Both the position numbers and the translations under genes were made by a program. From the human T2T-CHM13v2.0 reference genome, Homo sapiens, in NCBI RefSeq assembly GCF_009914755.1, contig NC_060927.1: 64,000 nt of DNA, one strand, 5' to 3'. Under the pieces are notes generated by a model. That model saw only the letters and a program-made list of their open reading frames with translations. It did no database searches and was not told the DNA's origin. The first letter of the stretch is position 1. Each line of letters starts with the position of its first letter. Below, piece by piece: positions 30,191 through 46,463 of this stretch.

Positions 30191-31049
30191 TTGAGTTTTT
30201 ACTATGTGCCAAGCCCCTTCCCAGTCTACTGCATTCCTTGTATTAACCTTTTCATACAAATAATATTATCTCCACTTTGCAAATTGGGGAGTTGGGACTC
30301 AGAGAGGTTGGGTAACTTATTGAAGATCACACAGCTGGTAAATGCCAGAGCCATGGAGATGATGGTCCTCCAATTCTAAATTTAACTCTTCACTATCCTG
30401 GAATGCTGCCCTAGGAGAGGGCAGTGTGGGTGAAATTTCTAGGTGTATATGGAGATGGGGGGGATGAGGTGGTGCCAGGATTATGGCTTTGGGTTCAGGC
30501 AGACTGTGGGCAGATTTAGGGCTGAGAAGTTGATCCCAAGGTTCTCTGGCTTGGCTCTTGGTTTGAAGTTCTTCTAGTCCATATGGTGGGATCAAAAACT
30601 CCCAAGTCTAAGGGATGTGGTTGAGCCCGCAGTGGGGGCCAAGAGTAGAGGCTAGGGGTCTCTGGACCATTTTATAGGGTCTCCAGTTCTTAGAGCTTGG
30701 GTCTGAGGGTTCTGGGGCCCAAGACCTCCAATTATGGGGTCCAGCTCTTAGGTGTTCAGGCCTGAGGAGCCACGTTCAAGAGTCCCTGTGAAGTTTCAAT
30801 AGGAAGGGCTTGTTTCAGAAAGTCTCTGGGTTTGCAGGGCTCAGACTGGGGGTCCCATCCTAAAGGCCCTTTTTCTGAGTTTTAGGGTCCTTGGGCCTGG
30901 GGGATGAGAGAGATCCAGTTCTGAGGGTTTCAAGAGGTACGGTCCCCGAAAAGCCCAGTTCTGAGAGGCCTGGTTTGGAAATCTCGCCCTGAAGATTCCT
31001 GGATCCCAGGGCTCAGGACCAGGCGTCTCTGGATCTGAGGATCCTGGTA

Positions 31050-32090
31050 GTGATGGCTTAGGGTGGTGTTCCCTGGTCCGAAGCCCGGAGCTAAGGGCAC
31101 CGGGTCTGCGGTGCGGCTGCGAGGAGCAGGGAAGCGCAGGCCCATGGCAGCCGCGAGGCGGAGGAGCGGGCCAGCGGGCGGCAGTGCTGGCGGCCCCCAC
31201 ACGTTCTGCGCTGGGTCGGCGCTAGGACTCCGGGGCGGCGGCCGTGGGAAGGGCGGCGCTAGGACCCCGCGGGCCCGGCGGCGCGTGGGGCGGCGCGTGT
31301 TGACAGCGGCGGCGGTGGAACCGGGCGGGCGGCGGGAGTCGGCGCCTCGGGTTCCTACCTCGCGTCCCTAGGCGGCGGCGGCCGGGCGTCCCGGGATGGC
31401 CTTCATGGAGAAGCCGCCAGCCGGCAAGGTGCTGCTGGACGACACGGTGCCGCTGACAGCAGCCATCGAGGCGAGCCAGAGCCTGCAGTCCCACACGGTG
31501 CGCGGCCCAGCGGGCGGGCGGGCGGCGTGGGGCGGCCCCGGGCCGCGAGGGGGCTGCGGGCTGCCTGGCGCGGGCCGGGCAGGGTCGTCGGACGGAGACC
31601 GGGCCACAGGGTGGGCGGCCCTGGCCGAGAAGGCTGTGGCGCGCCGCTGGGTCTGGGTCAGGGCCCCTGGGGCCCAGGCGAACGCTGAGGCCCGGAGGGG
31701 CCAAGGATGGGGACCGCAGCTCCCGGCGCCGCGGGGTGGAAGGAGCTCGGCGGCGACCAGGAAAGCGACTCCGAGTTGGGGGGCGGGGGCGGGGGCTGCG
31801 GGATTCCCGGGCTCACCTTGGACTAGGGGAGCAGGAACGAGACCGCTCAGGACCATCCACTTCTGCCCGCCGCCAGCCTTTTCCTTTTTGAGGCCGTGTA
31901 ATTTCCTCCTTGCAGCTGAGGGTCTGGGTGATGGGGATGAGGGTGTGCCGGGCCAAATGAAGTGTGACTCCAGAGCCTACTTGTTGGGACAGCAGAGTGT
32001 AAGTGGCTGGGGTCTGCAGCCCCGTTTCCAGGTCAGCCGCTTGGCCCTGGTCCCGGGAAGTGGTGGGGGCGGCAGTCGGGGCGCTGTTAA
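31050..32090 (+). promoter_or_regulatory. PXK: PXK CpG-island promoter, exon 1 and 5' end of intron 1
   Basis: Very high GC and CpG density with many GC boxes. Confidence 0.92.
31396..31497 (+). CDS. PXK: PXK (PX domain-containing kinase-like, MONaKA) coding exon 1: MAFMEKPPAGKVLLDDTVPLTAAIEASQSLQSHT
   Basis: Strong Kozak GGGATGG, recognised PXK N-terminus, phase-0 donor ACG|GTGCGC. The next exon (EYIIRV...) was not found in the window. Confidence 0.95.
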
Positions 32091-33331
32091 GCAGGTGTAT
32101 GAATGTGCTTCTCTAACTTGCTCTTTAGTGGGCAGTGGTAGCATTCATTTGAGTTTAAAATCCACTCGAGTAGCATAAAGGAGTAATAGGTCCTCATAGT
32201 AAACATTGGCAGGGTTCATTTCTGCTACATATACGGTCTTTTATGGGGCTTTAAAACCGTGGTTGTTTTCATTTGCTTGTACCTTTTTTTTTTTTTGAAA
32301 GGCCCACTATGCATTATAATTTCCAAGCAATAAATCTAGGAACCAGCAAGAAACCTGGAGCTATCAGCTAGTGGGACTTTTTTGGAAAAGTAATGAGTGA
32401 GGAGAGAGATTCCTTCAATTGTGATGTTTTGTCAGTCCACCGAATCAGATTCAGACTCAGAGGCTTGTTTGTTTACCATTGCAGTGTGTTTGGGGGGTCA
32501 TCATCTGGAGGCTAAAGCTCACAATAGCCTTCTGTTTCTCTTTTCGTTCAAGCTCTTCTGATGACTTCAAAGAGACCTTTTATTCTGTTGTATTAAAGTG
32601 AGACTTTTTTGAACCTCAGTTTCCTCTTCTGACAGCCGTGCTTTGTAGGGCTTGAATTGTTCAAAGCATTCACTTCCAGTTAAGAAAATTATTATCTTTT
32701 TAAAAAGGGCTATTTATTTCACGCTGTGTGTCTTTAATCCTATTCTGTAGACATGTGAGAAGGCACATACAGGACAGAATTTGTTAAACTTGCTATCATT
32801 TGTGCCTAAAGGGAGTATGGCATAAGGGTTGAAATTTAGGATAGGGAGTCAAGAGTAATTCAGCTATTAAATTTGATTTTTGACTTGACTATTGGCAAGT
32901 AAGTCTTATAACCTTTCAGGGAATAGTGTCGAGTCCTTTAGGTTTATTTTGTATTGAAAATAAAGAGATAGATGTTTCTAAATACTCACAAATTACTTTC
33001 CCTAGGAAGCATTCATGATTTCTACAGCCCCAGCCCATGTGCCTACCCACACCTTAATCTTGATTAGTTTGTCCTGTAATTACTTCTTTACTTTTTGTCT
33101 CCACCAGGCTACAAGAGGAGGGGCACTTCTTCCTCACTTTTGAGTCTCATTCCCTGGTTTTTGATAGGATTTCAAATGTGTTTATCAAATGACTAAATAA
33201 TCCAACTTCAACCTTACTATGCCTCTTTTTCTGTTTATGTAAAATGGTAATTGTAAACATTGAAAAAATAACTTAGAGATCAGTGCTTTAGCTAGGTGGC
33301 GAAAGATGTAATAGGATTCTGTTTTTATTGT

Positions 33332-33335
<4 letters not shown>

Positions 33336-33397
<62 letters not shown>

Positions 33398-33424
33398 ACA
33401 GCGTCTCACCATGTTGTCCAGGCT

Positions 33425-33467
<43 letters not shown>

Positions 33468-33581
33468 AGACAGCGTCTCACCATGTTGTCCAGGCTGGTC
33501 TGGAACGCCTGGGCTCAGGCCGTTCTCCTGCCTCAGCCCCACAAAGTGCTGGTATACAGATGTGAGCCACCACACCTGGCC
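33336..33581. repeat. Two (GT)n tracts separated by a duplicated piece of an antisense Alu monomer
   Basis: (GT)n at 33336-33393 and 33426-33466, with a 33-bp duplicate. Confidence 0.9.
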
Positions 33582-34442
33582 CTGCAGATCTTTTCTTTAA
33601 AAAATAAAATAATTTAGGGTAGAAAATGGCAGTTCTTGTAGGGATGACTGACCACAAAAGACAGTGACTCACAGGAGACCCATAGAGGCAGATGTGGTAG
33701 AGTAAAAAACTGTAGCATTGTCTTGCGTAATTTTTTGACTGTTCTGTGTTCTTGTCATTTTAGCTGTAAAGTTTGACTGAGAAATGTTGCATCAGCCCTG
33801 AAGTTTATTGAGAAAATCTTACGCTGATGCAAACTTTTTGGACTGTTAGTGTCTTATGAGTAAGTCTTTTTTAAAACAGGAACTGTTGGAAATTATTTTG
33901 GAAAGAAGTAGTTGTTAAGAGGGGTATGTAGAAGAGAAAGGCACTGTTTTTTCTTGGGGAGATTGAAGTTGGCTTTCCAGCTTGGTAGCTGAAGGGAGAT
34001 GGTGTTCCAGAAGTCAGAGCTCTACTCTCGCTTTGAAATGCTGAATCTCTAGGAAGTTACTCCTTGGCTGTAGACAGAAACATACGGAGTTAGAGACAGA
34101 CTTGGGGTTGGAAGAGGCAAGACCTTAATACAGGTCTGAGCTGATACTTGCTAGTCATGTGATATAGGCTGGGCAAGTCACTTAAACCTTTTTGAAGTTT
34201 AGTTTTGTCATCTGTAAATGGGAGTAATAAATGCCTGCCCTGCCTGCCTCCCAAGGTTGTTAGGAAGATCAAATGAAATCATCTTGATGAAGTATTTGTA
34301 AAATGTATTCCTTCCTCCCTCCATCTCTTCACTCCCTGACAACATTTGTGCAAAGCGTTAAACACATTAGAGGGCGTTATTGCAAGCAAGCTCATTTCTG
34401 TCCATAGTTCCTTTCATTTATCAAGTTTGTTTAACCTTGGGA

Positions 34443-34445
<3 letters not shown>

Positions 34446-34497
<52 letters not shown>
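34446..34497. repeat. (AT)n followed by poly-T (tail of an Alu monomer)
   Basis: Seen directly. Confidence 0.85.
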
Positions 34498-34499
34498 AA

Positions 34500-34631
<132 letters not shown>

Positions 34632-35200
34632 TAACAGAAATGATTTAGGATTTGTGAACTTGGTAGGGAAAAATTCTGTGGTTTGGAAAACTGAGTCACC
34701 AGAAGGATGAAGGGAACACAAGGTCACCACCAGAAAGGCATATTTGGATGAGCAACTGGCAGAAAGGACATGTGTTGGTAGGTGATTCTGTGCTTTGCTG
34801 ATGCTGATGCATCATTTTTATGGAGCAAAATGAATTTAGCATTAAGAGCTAGACCAGCCCTCTGCTGCAAGGAAATGAAGCTTCTATAAAATCAGAAAGG
34901 CTAGTATTTAGGGGGAGGATGCTTTCAGGTTAGGTTTGGAGGAAGAAGGAAGATTTTCCAGACAAAAGGAATTCTGGTGAAAAGCCACACAGGTGAGTTG
35001 TGAGAAAATTTAGGAGGACCAAGAGAGGACAAGGGAAAGGTAAGTTCTTGGCTATATAAAAGGGAAAACTTTTTAAAGTTAGTAGACTAAAAAAATGCTT
35101 ACATAGCTGAAATAGAAACCAGAGGAAACAAAGTTTTGGAAAGCGCTGTTATCAAATGTGCACATCCAATTTTTGCTGGTGGGTAGGCTGTGTGTGATAG

Positions 35201-35425
<225 letters not shown>

Positions 35426-36052
35426 TAGGCTGGTCTTGAACACCTGACCTCAGGTGATCCACCTGCCTCGGGCTCCTAAGGCGCAGGGATTACAGGTTTG
35501 AGCCACCATGCCTGGCAGTTTTCTCCTTTTTAAATATTCTTCTGTGGAGTTCATCTGGATCAGGGACTGTTTATCTTCCATTTGGACATTTTGTTTTTGA
35601 GAAACAGATAATTATAGTGATAGTTAAGGCACAATAGAAAACATTTTTTAAAATCAGTGGAAAAGATAATATTACATGTTAAAATCTTTACTGAAAATGG
35701 ATCTCTCCTTGAACTTTTGATATTTGGAAACTGCATTCCTGCATGGCTTATTTATTCAGCTATACTCATTCATTCAACAAAAATGTATTAAATGCCTACT
35801 ATGTGCCAGGCACATGCTAGAGATAGAATGGTGAACCAGACAGCTCCTGCATCCATGGAGCTTTTGTTCTGTTGGATTCCAAGGTCTTTTTTTTTTCATT
35901 GTGAGACAGGTTCTTGCTCTGTCACCCAGGCTAGAGTACAGGACCACAGCTCACGGCAACCTCAGTCTCCTGGCTCAAGGAATACTCCTGCCTCAGCCTC
36001 CTGAGTAGCTGGGACTATAGGCATGCACCACCATACCTGGCTAATTCTTTGA

Positions 36053-36277
<225 letters not shown>

Positions 36278-36457
36278 TAAACTTTATTTATTTATCACCA
36301 GAATAACTATTCAAATGTAATGGCAAATTAGGAGACATTGCTGCTTTCAGATCCTGAAATTTTAGGGTAATCTAGTACTCAGTATCAGAATTTGAACTTC
36401 CTTTTAGAATGCTACTTGGAAGTTTCTTTAGAATTCTAAGTTATACTGAATACTTTA

Positions 36458-37309
<852 letters not shown>

Positions 37310-38222
37310 TGAACTCCTGACCTCAGGTGATCTATCTGCCTCAGCCTCCCAAAGTGTTGGGATTACAGGCGTGAGCCACTGCACTCAGCCATCTTGCAGC
37401 ACTTCCACACATTATAATAAAATATAAGAGCAGTTATTTTCTGGGCATCTATTCTATGTGGTTATGTATTTTTCCCCACTTGTCCTGGAAATCTGAGATG
37501 GACGCAGTCGGAAAACCCTGAGTTGAAAGCTTTTAGGTACTGGTAATTAGTTCATTTAGAGATTGTAAGTTGTCTCTTCCTATTGAAGACGTTGGTTTTT
37601 TTGTTGTTGTTGGGTTTTGTGGGGGGTTTTTTTTTGTTTTTTTTTGTTTTTTTTTTTAGACGTAGTCTTACTCTGTTGCCCAGGCTGGAGTATAGTAGTG
37701 CGATCTCAGCTCACTGCAATCTCCGCCTCCCAGGTTCAAGTGCTTCTCTTGCCTTGCCTCTCGAGTAGCTGGTATTACAGGCGCCACGTACCATGCTCGG
37801 CTAATTTTTGTATTTTTAGTAGAGACGGGGTTTTACCACGTTGGCCAGGCTGGTCTTGAACTCCTGACCTCAAGTGATCTGCCTGCCTCGGCCTTCCAAA
37901 GGGCTGGGATAACAGGCATGAGCTACCGTGCCCAGCCAGAAGTTGGTTTTTTTTGCAGCCTAATTTATGGGCTGGTGATACTCAATCCCTGTATATCATC
38001 TGTTTTGAGGACTATCCCATGAGAAAGATTTCTCGTAATAAGAATATAAATCCGAGTACCTGACTATAATTACTAGGAAGAAATCTAAGATTCTGGGGCT
38101 GAGGTTTATTTCATGTGAAAAGATAGTTACATGTTTTGCTTCCCTAGGGAACAGTGGAAAGAGCCACCCATGGGTACTTAGCTTCCATATGGATTGTGAT
38201 CTTGAGATTGTTCAATATATAG

Positions 38223-38592
<370 letters not shown>

Positions 38593-38657
38593 TAATCTTG
38601 GCTTACTGTAGCCTTGACCTCTCCAGCTCAAACAATCCTTCTGCCTCAGCCTCCTGA

Positions 38658-38933
<276 letters not shown>

Positions 38934-40936
38934 TGACCAGCCTGACCAACATGGAGAAACCCCATTTCTACTAAAAATACAAAATTAGCCAGGCGTGGTG
39001 GCGCATGCCTGTAATCCCAGCTACTCGGGAGCCTGAGGCAGGAGAATCCTTGAACCCAGGAAGTGGAGATTGTAGTGAGCCAAGATGGCACCATTGCACT
39101 CCAGCCTTGGTAACAAGAGGGAAACTCTGTCTCAAAAAAAAAAAAAGTTTAAATGGGTTTACTTATTTGGAGCAAGTAAAGTAAACCCTCTGTTCCTCAC
39201 TGCAGGGCAGGTAGTGGTTTCTTTTTAGGCTGCTAGAGATTTTGGGGTAGCGTCATAGGAAATGAATCTCCTTTATGTTCCAGCTTTTAGCACCCTGAGA
39301 AAGGGGGAAATGGATCCCATTTTAGAAGTCATAAGAGCTTAAGTGTTTGGGATACCAGAGGGGGAGTAATAGAGTTTTTCCTTTTTTTTTTTTTTCCTTA
39401 AACTAGAAGTCATTCTTATCAGTGCCTTCCTTTGCAAGCACCAAGTATGTACAGGGGGAAGTTAAAGTTGACTCCTCTTCAGAAGAGATGACAGTGGCCC
39501 TTCATTTGTGGTTTGAAACTTTTGACTTAGGAGTATGGAACAAGTGCTTTATCTTTGGTAAATACTTGGACCTCAGGAGGAGGAGAGTTTCTTCAGATTG
39601 ACCATTTAGTCTTCAGCTCACCTTGCTGACAACCACATTTAGGGTAAGTAACCATTTTTAGCTGAAGTTAAAATATCAAGTGTTTTGAGCCAGGCATGGT
39701 GGCTCATGCCTGAAATGCCAGCACTTTGGGAGGCTGAGGCAGGCAGATCACTTGAGGTCAGGAGGTTGAGACTAGCCTGGCCAACATGGGGAAACCCTGT
39801 CGCTACTAAAAGTACAAAAATTAGCTGAGAGTGGTAGTGCACGCCTGTAATACTAGCTACTTGGGAGGCTGAGGCAGCAGAATTGCTTGAACCCAGGGGA
39901 CGGTGGTTGCAGTGAGCCAAGATCATGCCACTGCACTGCATCCTGGATGACAGAGTGAGACTCTATCTCAAAAACAAAACAAAACAAAACTTTATATAAT
40001 TCACATACCATATGAGTCACTCATTTAAAGCATACAATCCAATGGCTTTTGGTATATTTACAGAGTTGTGTATTCATCACCATAATCAATCTTAGAACAT
40101 TTTCTTTTCTTTTCTTTTCTTTTTTTTTTGGTGAGGAGTCTTGCTTTGTTGCCCAGGCTGGAGTGCAGCAGTGTGATCTTGGCTCACTGCAACCTCCGCC
40201 TCCTGGGTTCCAGTGATTCTTCTGCCTCAGCCTCCTGCGTAGCTGGGACTACAGGCACCCGCTACCACGCCTGGCTAATTTTTGTATTTTTAGTAGAGAT
40301 GGGGTTTCACCATGTTGGCCAGGCTGGTCTCAAACTCCTGACCTCAGGTGATCTGGCTGCCTCAGCCTCCCAAAGTGCTGGGATTACAAGCGTGAGCCAA
40401 CGCGCCTGGCCAGAAACTTTTCAGTACCCCAAAAAGAAGCCTTAGTCATCACCCTGTTTTATAACTCAGAATGTTTTTTTTTTAAACCTACAAGGCTACT
40501 AAACTAATTTAATATAAACACCTGATTACCAAACTCCAAGAAACAACTAAGTTCTATTGTTATCGGAATTGTTTCAGAAAGTATTCTAAGCACAAGTTCT
40601 TTAGCTCTTCGGGCCCAACTCCTTTAAGGATCTCATCACAGGGACTGCTTCCCTGTTCATAAATACCCATAAACATGTCTTTGTGAACTCTCAGAACCTC
40701 ACTGACCTGAAGCCCATTCTTAGGCTTTGGATCTTAGGGTAAGAATCACTGCCGGAAAAACTTTTTTAGGCCAGGCACGGTGGCTCTTGCCTGTAATCAT
40801 AGCACTTTGAGAGGCTGAGGTAGGTGGATGGCTTGAGTTCAAGACCAGCCTAGGCAACATGGTGAAACCCTGTCTCTACTAAAAATACAAAGATTAGCCA
40901 GGTAAGGTAGTGCATGCCTGTAGTCCCTGCTCCTCA

Positions 40937-41086
<150 letters not shown>

Positions 41087-42924
41087 TTAAAACTGTAAAC
41101 TTGGAGTATTACTTATTTTAGTTGGTGAAATATGTGCATCTGAAAAATGTACTATAATACCATCTATATCCTACTTTAAGAAAATCCTGTATTTAGAACA
41201 ATAGATGAACTATGTCCTCTTAGTTTGAAAACAAATTGCTTTGGGTTGCAGCTTGCCTGGCGCGTTTAAGTGTGTGCACAGATGACTTATTAGACAGTGG
41301 CATGGGGAAGGGCAAAGGGCTCTGTGCCGGAGAGCAGGGTTCTAGGCACGGCTCTGCCTGCTGTCGCAGCACCTCTTTATAATATTTAAACAAGGCTGCT
41401 CACATTTCTTTGATGTGCTCATCAGAAATAGGTCATTTCTCCTCATTAATTCAGTTGAGGCTTTTTTGCTGGACTGGAGGGAAGTGAATGGAGTGTTGGT
41501 ATGGGAGAATCCTGGATCTCAAAATGTCTAAGAGCCACCTGTAGTGGTGAAAAGGGAAAGCAGTGTCGTTCATTCATTGCCTTCCTTTTGAGCCTGCCCT
41601 TCCACCAGGTAACAAGTGATTCCTGGGCAGGGACTCATTGCACTTTAGTCCTGCATACGTTCCTCTTGCCAGAAGTAGAGGGAAATGAAGCCAGAAAGAA
41701 ATGGGTCTGCTCACACCAGACCTCTAGCATCAGGCAGCATCAAGCACCCTGCTGGTCCGTGAGAGCACAGGGAATGGCTGAGTGTCACACTGCCATGCTG
41801 TAGGCATCTATGCATGTGACCATGTAGCCCACCATATTCACCAGCAGCCTGGCACTGGTTTATTCCACATTCCACAGGCACTTCTCAAGCTCCCACTCTT
41901 TGGTGAGTGTTGTGGTCTCCAGGAATGCAGTGGTGAGCAGTCGCTGCTCTAGGGGCTCATGCTGTTGAGGGTGGACAGGAGGGTCTGTGCATAGAAGACA
42001 CACCTCTGCTTCTTCCCACTCTGTAGATGGTAAGGGGCGCAGGCAGCTTGTTCTGCCTCTTTGAGGCTTGTTTTATTTTTTTCTCTAAATCCAGACTTTA
42101 TTGTCTATGTATTGCTGGGTTGATTCAATTTCAAACTAGCCCAGTCCCTGGCACATAGATAGTAAGCCTACAGCAAACATTTGCTGAATAAGTGAATTTG
42201 AGAATGAATGCCATTATTGGAGGTAAAGCTCTTATGTACTGCTGCTGACCATTGTACCTGCCAAGCGGGTTACGGGGTACTTCTGCCTCTTGTCTGCCAA
42301 GCTGGATATAATTTTCCTTCCTCTGAAATTCCCATAGAGTATATCTGCCTCAAAGGTACACTCATTTTATACACCTATTATTTCTTACTACCTTGTTTTC
42401 TGTTTATAACCCCCCTCCCCCAGTCACACACAGGTAAAACTGTATATAATTGGGAAGAGCGACAATGGCTTAATGACCTTGGACAAATTGCCGCTTGATT
42501 TCTCCAGCCTCAGTTTCTTCATCTGTAAAGTGAGGATAGAAAGAGTATGTTAGGACTGCTGTAAGGATTAACCGAGCTCATCCACATGGAGTATTCAGAA
42601 CAAAGCCCAGCACATAAATGTCATTTGTTTTGTTGTTTATTACTGTTGTATTTGCCAGAGCACTGGCGTACTACTTAGTGCTTTTTTGGCATTCAAATAT
42701 ATGTTTTGAATGGGAAAAGGAAAATTATTTATTTAAAAGTTTGTCTCACTGTCAACTGTGATTACTTTGCTAATATGTGGCAAAAAACATCAGTGACACC
42801 TCCAAGAGTAGGTTTCCCCCTGTTTTTTCCTTTTTACCCTGGAGTAACACGTTTTGACAGCCATGCTTGGGAGATGCAGCTCAGGGCCTCCTTACCAGGC
42901 TGCAGAGCTGGCTATTGGTGTTCA

Positions 42925-43086
<162 letters not shown>

Positions 43087-43097
43087 TTAGCCAGTTA

Positions 43098-43283
<186 letters not shown>

Positions 43284-45192
43284 TCAGCCATGAGCTCCCG
43301 GAGGCCAGACCTGAAGGGAGGCAGCCCCCAGCAAATGCCCATTTCAGCTCTTCCCCTCTCAGTTTTTGTTAATCCCTAAAGGGGTTCCAACATCAGTACA
43401 TAGACATTTGATCTCAGGAACATTAACAGATACTTAAAAAGAGTCTTCTGCGTGCCAGGCACTGTACTGCCTATTAAGATAAAAAGATGAATGAAGCAGG
43501 GAGCTGACATCCTAGTCAATATAGCAGCCACAAAAGCAAAGATGAAGCAAAGTACTAAAGGGCCCCTCTGCCTGGGAGAGCAGGGCACAGGGGAGAGGCT
43601 GGTCAGGTCCTCCCTGGGGCTTAGGGAACTCGGAGTGGTTAACAGAGGAGCCAGCATTTTAGAGAAAACGTTCTAAATCAGTATGCCTCAGCCTTTTCTA
43701 ACTTGCAAACTCCTTTCATAGTAATAGGGAATGGTACAGACTCTCTGGAAGTTATTTTAAATATAAAAATATTTTATTTAGATCAGTATATTACTAAAAA
43801 TTGTTTGGGATCTGAACTATATATATTTTTAAATTGTGTTCAGAGGAATACAACTTAAGGCCCTGAGAAACAGCATCTTCAGACAACTTGTAGAATTACC
43901 GTTTTTATGATAATTCTCACTTGTATTTCTCACTAACTTCTCACTAACATGTGTTTTGTCATTGGCATTGCTTGAGCCTACATTTAGTCAGCGGTTTATT
44001 ATGGATGTAAATGAAATCATATATGACTAAGAGCAAAGTCAATTAAAATACTGTGTAATGGTAAAAACTGTGATAAACCAACTGAGTTATGAGCATACTC
44101 ATGACTTCCACAACTCATCCCATGCTTCCTGTGTGCCCATTTGGAAGCTCCTACTCTATTCTAGGTTAAAGGGAAAAAATATTTATGTTATTGTTTTATC
44201 GATATTTAAGTTATTATTTTTGAAAAGTAGAAACAGAAGCCTTATAGCCTTTAACGTATATATCCTGAAACACCTTCTGGGGCACCTCGTTGTTCATCCT
44301 CTTCCAGACTCTTAGTAACCCACCATAAGGATCTCAGTTTAAAAATCTGAAGAATGATTCTTCTCTGAGGTCAAGGTTGCATTTGTAGACTTCAGGAGTT
44401 CATTAGTTCATTCAGCAGATACTGCTGTGAGTATGCCCTGTGTTCCTGGCATGGCCTAGGCACTTGGGGTACAGGTCTAAGCAAGACAGACTTGGTTCCT
44501 GCCTTCTTTGTTCATTCATTCCAACTGGGTTTATTGGTGAAGATTCTGGGGTGGGGTAAAAGATGGAAAAGAAAGGTTAGAGCCAATTGTGGGGCCTCTT
44601 GGATGCCAGGCTAAGGAATCTGAACAACAGTGAGGGGGGGTTTGGGTGGAGGTGTGGCTCATAAAAGTGGCATTTTAGGAAGCTTAATTTGCTGTCTGTG
44701 TGCAAGGTGCAGTGGAAAGGGTGAAGGAAGGAGAGAAGAGAGTCAAGGATGCTAATGGAACAGTGAAGTTAGAGAGGCCACAGCTCAGGTCTATGGCAGG
44801 GAGAGGGGAGGAACACAATAGAGGAAAAGTCTGCCAAGTAGAGGCCACAAGGGAAACAGAGGCATCAGGAAATTATTAGAGAAGTAGTACAAGGTAGATG
44901 AAGGGTAGCTGGTTTTCCCAGGAAGATGATGAGTCTGTTTGGTTTTAGACACCTTGAGTAATACTGAAAAGGGAGTGTTACTTGTCATAATAGATGACAT
45001 TGTTTAAGCTTTCACTATGTGCCAAGCCAAGTGCTTTATAGTAATTCTATAATTATTTTTCTTTTTTCTTTTCTTTTTTTTTTTGAAACAGAGTCTCACT
45101 CTGTCACCAAGCTGGAGTGCAGTAGCGTGATCTTGGCTCACTGTAGCCTCAACCTTCTGGGCTTAAGCGGTCCTCCCACTTCAGCCTCCTGA

Positions 45193-45621
<429 letters not shown>

Positions 45622-46265
45622 TAGATAATTCTTTCTCTCTCTGTTTCTCTCTTTCTGGTCAACTTTGTTGAAGTAAAATTTACATACAATGAAATTCACC
45701 TATTTTAAGTATACAATTTGATAAATCTTGACAAATATATATATACACACCCACTTTCATCGCTCCAGTTGTTTCCTTGGTGCCCCTTTGCAGACCCTGC
45801 CCTCCTTCTGGTCCCTGGGAACTACTGATCTGCTTTCTGTTACTATTGTTTAATCCTTTCTATTAATAGAATGTCATCTATAAGTGGAATCTTATACAAT
45901 ATAGTCTTTTTTTGGTCTGGCTTCTTTTACTTAACGTAAAGCTTTGAAATTCTTCTATGATGTTATATGTTTCTTTTTATTACTGAGTAGTATTCCATTG
46001 TATGGATTTAACATTTGTTATCCATTCACCAGTTGGTAGATATTTGGGTTATTTCCAGTTTGGGGCTATTATAAATACAGCTGCCATGAATATTTGGGTA
46101 AAGTCTTTGTGTAGATATATTTTTTCATTTCTCCTGAGTGAATGCCTAGGAATGGAATTGCTGAGTGATAGGCTAAACTTTATAAGAAATTGCCAAACTT
46201 TTCTAGATTTTTGTTTTACCTTCATGATAGTTTGAATTGCATTAGTTATTATCCCAGTTTTGTAG

Positions 46266-46463
<198 letters not shown>

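Noticed and set aside
33185-33617. HT/CV-repeat ORFs
   Set aside because: These are translations of the (GT)n microsatellites.
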